IMG/VR virus record: IMGVR_UViG_3300044475_000296 | Location: 1 to 38,055 of that record | DNA: 38,055 nucleotides | Strand: one strand, 5' to 3' | Source of the DNA: a virus | Lineage: Duplodnaviria; Caudoviricetes | In this document: positions 9,485 to 18,910 of the stretch, in pieces | How the letters are laid out: each line of letters opens with the position of its first letter | Numbering within the stretch: position 1 is the stretch's first letter | Program-made: the position numbers and the translations under genes | Notes under the pieces: model-generated | What the model was told of the DNA's origin: nothing | Seen by the model: only the letters and a program-made list of their open reading frames with translations | Databases searched by the model: none

Positions 9485-9717
9485 TGCTAAAGCAGGTGCG
9501 ACCAGAGGACTACAGACGCATTTTTGAAGAAACACCAGGCGGCGCGGAGGTGCTTGACGAGCTAACCCGCCGTTTCGGTGGTGCAGTTTTTGTGAAGGGC
9601 GGCCCTGAGGGTGATCGCCAGACATGTTTTAACGCCGGGCGACGCGATGTGCTCGATTTTATTTTACGCAGGCTCAACGAAGCTGACGGGGTAAGTGACG
9701 ATGTGGTGGAAGATTAA
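9484..9717 (+). CDS. Bbp19-like small head protein
   Basis: YRRIFE..GAEVLDEL..FNAGRRDVLDFI between portal and scaffold. Confidence 0.7.
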   Translation: MLKQVRPEDYRRIFEETPGGAEVLDELTRRFGGAVFVKGGPEGDRQTCFNAGRRDVLDFILRRLNEADGVSDDVVED

Positions 9718-10516
9718 ATATACGCTCATGAATGCTGACGCTGGCGCTGATGGTGGTGGTAATGGCGGCGGCGCTGATGGTGCAGGCGGCGAAGGTGGCG
9801 GCTCAATCCTTGAATCTGGCGCCCAGGGGCAACCTGGCGCATCTGATTGGGTGCCAGAAAAATTCCGTGTTATGGGCGAAGACGGAAAACTCAATATCGA
9901 AAGCTCTGCACGGAAACTGGCGGAAGCACACGCGGGCTTAGAAAAGCGATTCGGTAGTGGGGATGTGCCGCCTAAAACGGCTGATGAGTACGCGCCTAAG
10001 GTGGAGGCCGAAGGGTTTAATTGGGAAGAATTCAAAGCCGATCCTGAAATGCAGGGCTTTCTTAAATCCGCTCACGCAAAAGGGCTGACCAACGATCAGC
10101 TTGGTTTCGTGTTGGGTGAATACATGCAGCGCGCTGGCGGACTGGTTAATGGTGCCGCAGAGCTGGATCAGGAAGCGGCCGCAACCGCGCTTAAAGAAAC
10201 GTGGAAAACCGACGCGGAATTCAAGCAAAACATTGGGCTGGCGTACCGTGCGTTTAAATCCCTCGCGGAAGATGGCGACGACATTAACGCGATCGGCAAT
10301 AACCCGATGGTTATCCGCATGCTGGCGAAGGTCGGTAAAGAGATGCAGGAGGATTCCCCTGCCGGTACAGAAGTGAATCTGGAAGAGCAACAGAGCGTCC
10401 GTGACCTGATGAAATCAGAAGCCTACACGAATCCGAAACACGCAGATCACGAACGAGTGTCAGCGCGCGTCCGGGCTTATTACGCAAAAACCTACGGCGA
10501 ACAGCCAGTAGCATAA
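9701..10516 (+). CDS. Capsid scaffolding/assembly protein
   Basis: Acidic Gly-rich N-terminus, WVPEKF, C-terminal AYTNPKHADH; precedes capsid; start uncertain (9695-9728). Confidence 0.8.
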   Translation: MWWKIKYTLMNADAGADGGGNGGGADGAGGEGGGSILESGAQGQPGASDWVPEKFRVMGEDGKLNIESSARKLAEAHAGLEKRFGSGDVPPKTADEYAPKVEAEGFNWEEFKADPEMQGFLKSAHAKGLTNDQLGFVLGEYMQRAGGLVNGAAELDQEAAATALKETWKTDAEFKQNIGLAYRAFKSLAEDGDDINAIGNNPMVIRMLAKVGKEMQEDSPAGTEVNLEEQQSVRDLMKSEAYTNPKHADHERVSARVRAYYAKTYGEQPVA

Positions 10517-10535
10517 TGCCGTAACATGTCACACC

Positions 10536-10562
10536 AAGCCAGCCTAACCGCTGGCTTTTTCA
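10536..10562 (+). terminator. Terminator after scaffold gene
   Basis: AAGCCAGC-ctaacc-GCTGGCTT-TTT. Confidence 0.75.
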
Positions 10563-10565
10563 TTT

Positions 10566-10599
10566 GGTCGGGAAACCGACCGCATACACTCTGCAAAAT
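10566..10599 (+). promoter_or_regulatory. Late-promoter motif copy 2 (capsid)
   Basis: GGTCGGGAAACCGACC + 12 nt + CAAAAT. Confidence 0.75.
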
Positions 10600-10723
10600 C
10601 ACTCCACCAGCCCGGCGTGGTAGCCGGATACCTGAATTCCCGTCGCCTGTAAACGCCAAGCAGTCGATGTAATGGGCCGAGAAATCGATACCCCGCAGGC
10701 GAAACAAATTTGGAGTGTACATC

Positions 10724-11632
10724 ATGCCTTTTGATGCCAATAAAAACATGATCACCGCTGCGTTCGTGCAGCAGTTTCATGATTCATTTGAAATTGCATC
10801 GCAGCAAAAGGACTCCCGTCTGCAAGCTGCTGTGCACGATCGCGGGCAAATCACCGGTGCGTCGTTCACGATCAACGACATGGGCACCATCGAAATGAAC
10901 GCCATCACCACGCGATTTGGTGACACGGTATGGGATGTGCCGGAAGCGGGTACCCGTAACGCACTGATGGCGGACTACGGCGTATTTGTTCCCGTTGAAA
11001 AGCGCGACTTACGCAAACTGATTGCCGACCCACAGGGGCCGTATCTTCAACTGACTCTGGCCGCAGCCAATCGCCGAAAAGACACGGTTATTTATCGTGG
11101 GCTGCTGGATGCCGTGCCGCGAAAGACTGAGGATAACGGCGCGTACACTAACGTTGTACTGCCTGCATCTCAGAAAATCGTTGCTGGTGGCACTGGATTA
11201 ACAAAGGCCAAGCTAATTGCAGCAAAAGCTATGTTCCGCCGCAACGAGTGCGACGAGCAGAACGGCGAGGATCTATACATCACGTATAACGCCGACATGC
11301 TGACGCAAATCCTGAGCGATACCACTCTGACCAGCGCGGATTTTATGGCTGTGAAAATGCTGCAAGAAGGGAAGTTGTCTGGCTCATGGCTTGGTTTTAA
11401 TTGGCTGGCATATGAAGCGCTGGACTCTGTAACCAATGCGGGCGTTACAACGAAAACCGCAGCAGCATGGGCTAAGACTGCTGTTCATTTCGGCACTGGT
11501 GCTGAATACAACACTGACATTGGGCCACGCCGTGACAAAAACAACACCATCCAGATCTCTGTGGATGCGTCTTACGGCGCAGGCCGCGCCAACGAAAAGA
11601 AAGTCGTAGCGATCGATTTCGTCGCCGCATAA
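10724..11632 (+). CDS. Major capsid protein
   Basis: ITAAFVQQF..QQKDSRL..SADFMAVKML..WLGFNW; GGAG SD; terminator follows. Confidence 0.88.
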   Translation: MPFDANKNMITAAFVQQFHDSFEIASQQKDSRLQAAVHDRGQITGASFTINDMGTIEMNAITTRFGDTVWDVPEAGTRNALMADYGVFVPVEKRDLRKLIADPQGPYLQLTLAAANRRKDTVIYRGLLDAVPRKTEDNGAYTNVVLPASQKIVAGGTGLTKAKLIAAKAMFRRNECDEQNGEDLYITYNADMLTQILSDTTLTSADFMAVKMLQEGKLSGSWLGFNWLAYEALDSVTNAGVTTKTAAAWAKTAVHFGTGAEYNTDIGPRRDKNNTIQISVDASYGAGRANEKKVVAIDFVAA

Positions 11633-11645
11633 CGCCAGCGCCCTT

Positions 11646-11672
11646 GCCGGGGTAACTCCCGGCTTTTTTATT
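11646..11672 (+). terminator. Terminator after capsid
   Basis: GCCGGGG-taac-TCCCGGC-T6. Confidence 0.8.
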
Positions 11673-11686
11673 CAAGGATCACGCTC

Positions 11687-12250
11687 ATGGCTTCCAGTGT
11701 TTCCATCTGTTCAAATGCACTTCTGGTGCTTGGCGCTAACCCAATCAACAGCTTCGATGAAGCGACCAGCCACGCACGCCTTTGCTCAAACATTTACCCA
11801 TCGGTTCGTGATGATTTGCTGCGTAAACATCCGTGGAATTGCGCGGTTAAACGAGTGGTTCTTTCCCCGTCCAGTACGCCGCCCGCGTTTGGGTTTTCGT
11901 ATCAATTCCCTTTGCCTGGTGACCTGCTGCGCATTCTGTCAGTTGGTGATGAGCATGACGATATTCGCTACCGGATCGAGGGGCGAAAGCTGCTGGCGAA
12001 CATCGGCGTTATAGAGCTGCGTTACATCTTCAGAAATGAAGATGAATCAACGTGGGATTCCGCGCTGGTCGGTTTAGCCGAAGCAATGATGTCCGCGAAA
12101 CTCGCCTACGCGGTAACAGCATCGGCCAGCCTGCGCGATACGCTGACGCAAGAAGCGGCTTATTTGCTGCGCCAAGCCAAAGCTATAGACGGGCAAGAGG
12201 AACCACCTGAAGAACTCGGCGGCTACCCCACTATGGATGCGAGGTTTTAG
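11687..12250 (+). CDS. Tail tubular protein A / adaptor-like
   Basis: ICSNALLVLG..HPWNCA..YQFPLPGD; synteny. Confidence 0.8.
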   Translation: MASSVSICSNALLVLGANPINSFDEATSHARLCSNIYPSVRDDLLRKHPWNCAVKRVVLSPSSTPPAFGFSYQFPLPGDLLRILSVGDEHDDIRYRIEGRKLLANIGVIELRYIFRNEDESTWDSALVGLAEAMMSAKLAYAVTASASLRDTLTQEAAYLLRQAKAIDGQEEPPEELGGYPTMDARF

Positions 12251-12252
12251 TT

Positions 12253-14229
12253 ATGCGCGCCAATATTATAAAAACCAACTTCACAGCGGGGGAGATTTCC
12301 CCGCGCCTCATGGGGCGTGTTGATATTGCCCGATACGCCAACGGCGCAAAGCGTGTAGAAAATGCGGTTTGTGTTATTCACGGCGGCGTAATGCGTCGGG
12401 CTGGTACCCGTTTTTGTGCAGCGACGAAACACGCAGACAAGAAAACGCGCCTCATTCCTTTTGTGTTCAACCGCTCTCAGGCTTACATGCTTGAGTTTGG
12501 CGACGGATATGTGCGCTTCTACCAGAACGGCGCGCAGATCGTTAAGGATGACAACACGCCTTACGAAATCGAAAGCCCGTATCTGTCTGAGGATTTGGCA
12601 GAAGTTCGTTTCGTTCAAAGCGCCGACACAATGTTTTTGGTTCACCAAGAGGTTCCGCCGTTCCGCTTGCAGCGTAAAGGGCAAACTGAATGGGTGTTAG
12701 AGGCTGCGCCTTTCATCGTTAGACCGTTTGAAGAAATCCGAGACACACCGGAAAAATGGTGCAAGCCGTCCGTTAAGGAGTTTGTCGGCTCAGCCATTAC
12801 GTTAACGCTATCCGATGACGAAGAAGGTGGGGCTTTTACTGGTACCGGATGGGTGGCCGCTGACGTAGGTTCTTACGTCAGAATAAATACCGGACTGGTA
12901 CTGATAAACACAGTTGAAAGCGCACAGATTGCAAAGGGTGTGATTCGTTCAGACCTGAGCGCCACGCAAGCAGCATCACCAGGCGCGTGGACGCGCGAGG
13001 ATAGCGTATGGTCGGAAGAATTAGGCTACCCCGGCGCGGTAACGTTTTACCAGCAGCGGTTAGTTTTCGCTGGCTCCCCCAGCTATCCGCAAACTGTCTG
13101 GTTTAGTGAAACAGGCTCCTATCTCAGCTTTGAGATCGGCACTGAAGATGATGACGCTATGTCATTTACGGTTTCGTCTGACCAGATAAACCCTATTGTG
13201 CATCTGGCGCAGATGAACACACTAATAGCGCTGACGTACGGCGGCGAGTTTACGTTAACGGCTGGCAGTGACTCAGCTATTACGCCAACCAACATTTCCG
13301 TAAAAAACCCCAGCCCGTACGGATGCAATAACATTCGCCCGATCCGGGTCGGTACTGAAATTATGTTTGCTCAGCGTGCTGGTCGGAAGATATTCGCAGT
13401 TGCCTATGACCCTGACAGCTATGTCGCGTACTCAGCCAACGATATGTCGATCTTGTCTGAACATATTACTGAAAGCGGCGTAACGGAAATGGCCTACCAA
13501 CAGCAGCCGGATTCGTTTATCTGGCTGGTTCGTAACGATGGCGTACTGGTAACGATGGCGGTTGATCGTGGGCAAGACGTGATCGCGTGGTCGCGCCAGA
13601 TAACTGACGGAAATTTCGAGTCGGTAGCGTCCATCCCGTCAGAAACAGACGATGTGGTTTACGTGATTGTTAGCCGAGAAGTAAACGGCGCGCCGGTTCG
13701 CTACGTGGAAATGCTTGATACCCGCCTTAACACCGATTCCGCAGTGACGGGCGTCAGTGATGCAGGCGCTGCGGTCTGGTCTGGACTCGCGCACCTTAAC
13801 GGAAAGCCTGTTGATATCGTGGCTGACGGTAGTGTGATGCCTCAGCAAACGGTTAGCGGTGGACAAATCACGCTATCCCGCGCCGCAACGCATGTAGAAA
13901 TCGGCCTGCATTACGACACATCAATTGAGACGCTGACGCCTGAAGTTGCCACAACAGAGGGGACGACACAGAACGCGAAGAAGCGCACCAGTGAAGTAAC
14001 GATGCGCTTCCTTGAAACCACAGGTGCGGAATGTAACGGGCAGGTTATCCCGTTCCGTCAGTTCGGCCCCCAAATCCTGAATAAACCCGCACCGCTTTTC
14101 ACTGGTGATCATTCCTGGGGAAAACTCGGCTGGGAAAAAGGCGAAGACTCTTTACTCATCCAGCAGCGACAGCCATTACCGTTCCACCTGCTGGCGATCA
14201 TTATCACATTTACCAGTAACGGGGGCTAA
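12253..14229 (+). CDS. Tail tubular protein B / nozzle
   Basis: NFTAGEISP..GGVMRRAGT; YPGAVTFYQQRLVFAG..PQTVWFS. Confidence 0.85.
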   Translation: MRANIIKTNFTAGEISPRLMGRVDIARYANGAKRVENAVCVIHGGVMRRAGTRFCAATKHADKKTRLIPFVFNRSQAYMLEFGDGYVRFYQNGAQIVKDDNTPYEIESPYLSEDLAEVRFVQSADTMFLVHQEVPPFRLQRKGQTEWVLEAAPFIVRPFEEIRDTPEKWCKPSVKEFVGSAITLTLSDDEEGGAFTGTGWVAADVGSYVRINTGLVLINTVESAQIAKGVIRSDLSATQAASPGAWTREDSVWSEELGYPGAVTFYQQRLVFAGSPSYPQTVWFSETGSYLSFEIGTEDDDAMSFTVSSDQINPIVHLAQMNTLIALTYGGEFTLTAGSDSAITPTNISVKNPSPYGCNNIRPIRVGTEIMFAQRAGRKIFAVAYDPDSYVAYSANDMSILSEHITESGVTEMAYQQQPDSFIWLVRNDGVLVTMAVDRGQDVIAWSRQITDGNFESVASIPSETDDVVYVIVSREVNGAPVRYVEMLDTRLNTDSAVTGVSDAGAAVWSGLAHLNGKPVDIVADGSVMPQQTVSGGQITLSRAATHVEIGLHYDTSIETLTPEVATTEGTTQNAKKRTSEVTMRFLETTGAECNGQVIPFRQFGPQILNKPAPLFTGDHSWGKLGWEKGEDSLLIQQRQPLPFHLLAIIITFTSNGG

Positions 14230-14231
14230 CC

Positions 14232-14678
14232 GTGATTCGACAGGCAACAAAAGAAGATATCCCGGCGCTGGTGCTGCTGGGGATGCGCATGCATCAGGAA
14301 TCCAGTTATCGAAATTTATCGTTCGACGTAGAAAAGTGCGCAGGACTGGCCGACCAGCTGATCGCGTCGGAGTATGGCGCCGTGCTGGTGGCAGAAAAAG
14401 ATGGGGAGATTATCGGCTGGATGGCGGGTGGTATTGCTCCTTTCTGGTTTTCTCATGACCGCATGGCGTTTGAGTACGGTGTATTTATTGATGCCGATCA
14501 GCGCGGTGGCAGTGCAGGATATCGACTGGTGAAAGAATTTGTCCGCTGGGCGAAAGAGCGTGACGTTGTAGAGATTCGTATGGGTATCACTACCGGTGTC
14601 CATGAAGAGCGCACTGGCGACCTGTATCAACGGCTTGGCTTGCAGCGCACCGGATCGCTGTATTCGATGGGGGGTTAA
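14232..14678 (+). CDS. GNAT-fold acetyltransferase-like protein
   Basis: MIRQATKEDIP..FIDADQRGGSAGYRLVKEFVRWA..LYQRLG. Confidence 0.8.
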   Translation: MIRQATKEDIPALVLLGMRMHQESSYRNLSFDVEKCAGLADQLIASEYGAVLVAEKDGEIIGWMAGGIAPFWFSHDRMAFEYGVFIDADQRGGSAGYRLVKEFVRWAKERDVVEIRMGITTGVHEERTGDLYQRLGLQRTGSLYSMGG

Positions 14679-14680
14679 CG

Positions 14681-15217
14681 ATGTGTACTGGTGTAGAAAT
14701 AGCGTTGGTTGCATCGTCCGTGCTGGCGGCTGGTGCCGCAACAGCAAGCGGCATGCAGCAGAAAAAAATGGCTGACTATCAGGCAGACCAGGCGCAAGCA
14801 GATGCAGATGCGGCAGCGGCAGCGGCGCGGGTACAGGCGGAGAAGATTCGTAAGGCTGGTGCGGCACAGGCGGCACAGGCCAACGCAGCATATGCCGCTT
14901 CTGGCGTTGAAACGGGAGAGGGTACCGCATTGCGGATCACGTCTGGTATCACTGGTGATGCGGAAGAAGATGCAACCATGACCGTTCTAGGCGGGCAGGA
15001 TGCGGCCACCAGATATCGAGCACAAGGGCAGGCTGATCGGATTAGCGGGCGTAACGCAGCGACATCGAGCTACATCAGCGCGGGATCGTCTCTCCTGCAA
15101 GCGGGTGCTACGGGGTATTCTGGTTGGAAGCGAGCAAGCCCTACCGCCACAACGAGCACAAAAACCAATTCTGGCGCGTCATCAAACAACATGTTCGGCA
15201 ACATGGGGATTAACTGA
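14681..15217 (+). CDS. Internal virion/ejection protein (small)
   Basis: MCTG start, hydrophobic Ala-rich N-terminus, AASGV motif; synteny. Confidence 0.7.
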   Translation: MCTGVEIALVASSVLAAGAATASGMQQKKMADYQADQAQADADAAAAAARVQAEKIRKAGAAQAAQANAAYAASGVETGEGTALRITSGITGDAEEDATMTVLGGQDAATRYRAQGQADRISGRNAATSSYISAGSSLLQAGATGYSGWKRASPTATTSTKTNSGASSNNMFGNMGIN

Positions 15218-17292
15218 TGCGCATACCAACGGGCAATTTTGGCAACGCAGTGCCTAATCCACAGCCGACGCGAGTTAACGTAAGCGGGACGGGGGCAATA
15301 GGGCAAGCTGTGGCGGGGCTGGCAGAGGATGCAAAGCAAGAAGTTAACGCCGTTGTCCGCGCCCGCGCCGGTGAATCGATGCTTGATTATCAGATCAAGT
15401 TGAAAGACGTTAATGAATCCATACGCCAACAGGTGGAAGATGGGACGTTGCGTGCTGATCAGGTGGAGAACGTCTATCACGAAGCCGTGGCAAAACTTGA
15501 TAAACCTCAATTTGCAGGATTGGGTATTGCAGAAACGCAGGTGGCGGAAGGTGGATTAAAGCGCTACGAATCAGACGGGCTGACTACTGCGCAGGGGTAC
15601 GCCCGTGCAGCGCTAAAAATTGAAGCGCGCGATCAGGTAGATAGTGGGCTGGATAAGCTGGGTAAGCTAACCAATTACCCCGGTGCGGATATCGAAAAAA
15701 TTAATGCCATGTCCGCCGCTTATGAGCAGCAAGGGCGATTAGCGTACGGTTCTCAATGGTCGAAAGTGCGCCAGAATTTTGTGGATAAAAACTGGTTTAA
15801 TCAGGCTCAGCAGAAGCTGATGGAGGCCAGAAATAACGGCGGTGCGCTGTCTGACTTTAGTAACCAGCTCACATCCGAAAAAGGCTTCTACATCGACAAA
15901 CTCGACCCGGATAAGCGTAACGCACTACTGAATCAAGCTATGGGCTATCAGACCCGATTAGAAGCGAAAGCAGCAGCGGCAGAGGCGAAGCGCGAAGCGC
16001 TGGCGGCCAGAACGTATAATTCTTTTGCTCAGCAAGTGTATTCAGATTTACCAACAACGGCAGAGCAGCAGGAAAGACTGATTGCCTCAACAAGAGGAAC
16101 CAGCGTAGAAGCAGAGGTGAAGGATTTACTTTCCGATCAGGACACCATACGGAAGGTTATTTCAGCTGGTCCTGCTGAGTCACAAAATTACGTCAATAAT
16201 CTGTATGCGGAATTGAATGCAAATGGCGGTGACATGCGGCAATGGCGACTAGCTCAGCGCTTGACTAATGCCGTGCAGAAAAACAATAAGCAGTTAATGG
16301 AAACCCCGCTCCTGTTCAACCAAAACCGTACAGGTGATGCAGTTACGCCGCTCGACATGACCGCATTAAATCCTACCGCCGCAGCTGCAATGAGTGCTAT
16401 GGATGGGGCTGACATTACTCAACGGTTTGGCGCGTCCATTACTGATCGGTCAGCTACCATTGATGCTGTGCGGAATAATACAGGCGTTAATGTCCCGCGC
16501 CGCTTACTCCTTCCGCAAGAAGCATCATATCTATCTGGAGAATTAAAAAAACAATCAGTTGAGGGGCAGGCTGGACTGCTATCCCGCCTGAGGAACGCGG
16601 TAAATAGCGACGCTGATTACCAATCAATCATGCAGCAAATAGCCCCTGATAGCCCGATTACAGCCTATGCTGGCAGCCTTGCCGTAACCGACACCCCGCT
16701 TACGGTAGAAAGCAATTATTTCTCAGATGATGTGACGGTTACGGGCCAGCAGGTTGCACAGCGCCTGCTTACTGGTAACCAGATTCTTAACCCATCAAAA
16801 GAGCAGCGAAACGAGGACGGATCGCCTAAAAACTTCCCCGTCCCGCCTCAAAAAGAATTCACAAATGCAATCGCCGATAAGCTCGATGGGGTATTCGCTA
16901 ATATGCCTCAGGCATACCAGCAAAGCGATCAGGCCATTCGCTCCTATTATGTTGCGCGTGCCGCCGAGAAAGGGCTAATAACGGGGGCTGTAGATCAGGA
17001 CATTCTTGATGAATCAATCAAAGCGGTGATTGGTACCGTAGTTAGTGTGAACGGTCAGAAAACCATAGCGCCGTGGGGCATGTCGGAATTATCGTTTAAA
17101 ACTGCATCAAAGAGAGCGTTTTCGGATGCCGTAACCAGTCAGGGGCTGCCTGCTGCGGCGCTTGATAAATTTGACAGCATGGGCATGCAGTACGTTGGTA
17201 AGGATCAGTACCTGATGATTTACGGGAAATCCCCTCTGTTAGACCCATCGGGTAAAAAAGTGATCATCAATCTTAGCGGGGCGGGCCAATGA
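15217..17292 (+). CDS. Internal virion/ejection protein
   Basis: 691 aa helical protein in the ejection module. Confidence 0.65.
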   Translation: MRIPTGNFGNAVPNPQPTRVNVSGTGAIGQAVAGLAEDAKQEVNAVVRARAGESMLDYQIKLKDVNESIRQQVEDGTLRADQVENVYHEAVAKLDKPQFAGLGIAETQVAEGGLKRYESDGLTTAQGYARAALKIEARDQVDSGLDKLGKLTNYPGADIEKINAMSAAYEQQGRLAYGSQWSKVRQNFVDKNWFNQAQQKLMEARNNGGALSDFSNQLTSEKGFYIDKLDPDKRNALLNQAMGYQTRLEAKAAAAEAKREALAARTYNSFAQQVYSDLPTTAEQQERLIASTRGTSVEAEVKDLLSDQDTIRKVISAGPAESQNYVNNLYAELNANGGDMRQWRLAQRLTNAVQKNNKQLMETPLLFNQNRTGDAVTPLDMTALNPTAAAAMSAMDGADITQRFGASITDRSATIDAVRNNTGVNVPRRLLLPQEASYLSGELKKQSVEGQAGLLSRLRNAVNSDADYQSIMQQIAPDSPITAYAGSLAVTDTPLTVESNYFSDDVTVTGQQVAQRLLTGNQILNPSKEQRNEDGSPKNFPVPPQKEFTNAIADKLDGVFANMPQAYQQSDQAIRSYYVARAAEKGLITGAVDQDILDESIKAVIGTVVSVNGQKTIAPWGMSELSFKTASKRAFSDAVTSQGLPAAALDKFDSMGMQYVGKDQYLMIYGKSPLLDPSGKKVIINLSGAGQ

Positions 17293-18908
17293 ACATTTTA
17301 GACTTTGACGCTCGCGGACTCGAAACCGTAAAAAACCAACCTGGAGGAATCCAGCTTCAGGATATCGGACCAGCGTTTGTGGATTGGAGTACCCCGCTTG
17401 ATTTAATTAATGGCGCCTTTCGTGGGTTAAATAACGTCGATTACACGGTAGAAAAAAACCTCGCTGATGCGTTTAGGCCATTAACAGCGGCGGCAGGTTT
17501 GGATAAATCGTGGGATGAGCGAATTAAAAATATCGGGCGTATCGGCGAAACCAGTAAGCCGGACCCGTTAACAACCAGCACTGTAGGGCAGCTATTAGAT
17601 GGATTTGGCGAGGTTATAGCGCCAGCCGCAGTAGGGACTGCGTTGGGTGGACCAGTCGGAGCTGCTGGCTTAACTGCTGTAGCAACCACGCAGGTTAGAT
17701 ATGATGAGGCGCTTAAAAAAGGCGTTGATGATAATACTGCATTCGGAAAAGCGGCACTGGAGGGGGGCGTAAACGCCGTGGGTGTCATAATCCCCGCTGC
17801 CCCGTTTGCAAAAAGTCTCAGTACCCGATTGCTGGCCGGTGCTGCAAGTAATGCCGGATTGGGTGTTGCTCACCGCGCCGCAACGCATGAGTTGTTAGAT
17901 CAGAATGGCTACAACGAAATGGCCCAGCAATACAGGGCGTTTGATAAAACTGCGCTGGCTACCGACATTATCCTTGGCACTGCGTTCGGCGGCCTAGCCC
18001 ACCTTTCTGCACGGCCATCACCTGAAATTGTAGATGCTGCGATGACCGCCCGAGGCGCTGAACATTTCAGTGAATCTACCGCTCCCGGCCTACCCGTTGA
18101 TATTGAATCCAGCGCAGTGCACCAAAACGCACTAGATCTGGCAATGCGCCAGCTTGACGCGGGCGAACGGGTTGATGTGTCGTCACTGGATGGAGTAAAC
18201 GACGCAGCGTTCCTTCTTCACAACGAATCTACGGTTTCAGCAGAAACAATCCGTTTGCGCGGACTGGCAGACCAATTGCTGACCCGTGGAGAGCGCAAAG
18301 AGCTTCAGCAGGATATTCACAATCTGGAGTATTCGATCTCTCAGTTGGAAGCTGGCAGGGCTGAAATTGTAGCCAGGCGTACAGGTAATAGCAGCAGCGC
18401 CAGAATCAAGAGGAATGAACTGGATCAGATAGACTCTCAAATAGCCCCGCTCGCCAATGACCTGGCGGCAAAAAGAAATACTTTGCTAAATAACACGAAA
18501 GGGGGCGTTAACTTTGAAGCTAAAGCAGACTTATCACGACTTGAGCAGGGGATCGTTCCCGCATATTTGCGACTAATGCTGCGTGATGAAGCTGGAATAA
18601 CAGATCGCACGCGGGAATCACCCCCCACAGCAGATACCTCACCACTGCAAGATAGCCCCGCCCCGATCGCTCAAGAGAACGCCCCCGGCGCTGATGGTAT
18701 TAAGTACCCCCCATCGGTTGAGCGGTTAAGGGCGCTGGCGATAACTAACCCTGAGGCCAAAGTTATTTCAGCATTCGATGATGAAGGAACGCCGCTTCAG
18801 CAAAACATTACTGAGGTCATGGCTGACATTGATGCCAGTCTGCAAACAGCGCGCCGCGAATCCACCATGTTTGATACAGCTATATCTTGTTTTTTGCGTA
18901 GGGGATAA
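17289..18908 (+). CDS. Internal virion/ejection protein
   Basis: Gly/Ala-rich amphipathic segments; ATGA coupling. Confidence 0.65.
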   Translation: MNILDFDARGLETVKNQPGGIQLQDIGPAFVDWSTPLDLINGAFRGLNNVDYTVEKNLADAFRPLTAAAGLDKSWDERIKNIGRIGETSKPDPLTTSTVGQLLDGFGEVIAPAAVGTALGGPVGAAGLTAVATTQVRYDEALKKGVDDNTAFGKAALEGGVNAVGVIIPAAPFAKSLSTRLLAGAASNAGLGVAHRAATHELLDQNGYNEMAQQYRAFDKTALATDIILGTAFGGLAHLSARPSPEIVDAAMTARGAEHFSESTAPGLPVDIESSAVHQNALDLAMRQLDAGERVDVSSLDGVNDAAFLLHNESTVSAETIRLRGLADQLLTRGERKELQQDIHNLEYSISQLEAGRAEIVARRTGNSSSARIKRNELDQIDSQIAPLANDLAAKRNTLLNNTKGGVNFEAKADLSRLEQGIVPAYLRLMLRDEAGITDRTRESPPTADTSPLQDSPAPIAQENAPGADGIKYPPSVERLRALAITNPEAKVISAFDDEGTPLQQNITEVMADIDASLQTARRESTMFDTAISCFLRRG

Positions 18909-18910
18909 CA

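Noticed and set aside
14232-14678. GNAT as a toxin or moron
   Set aside because: Coupled within the virion operon at the position where podophages commonly have a GNAT-fold gene; composition like its neighbours
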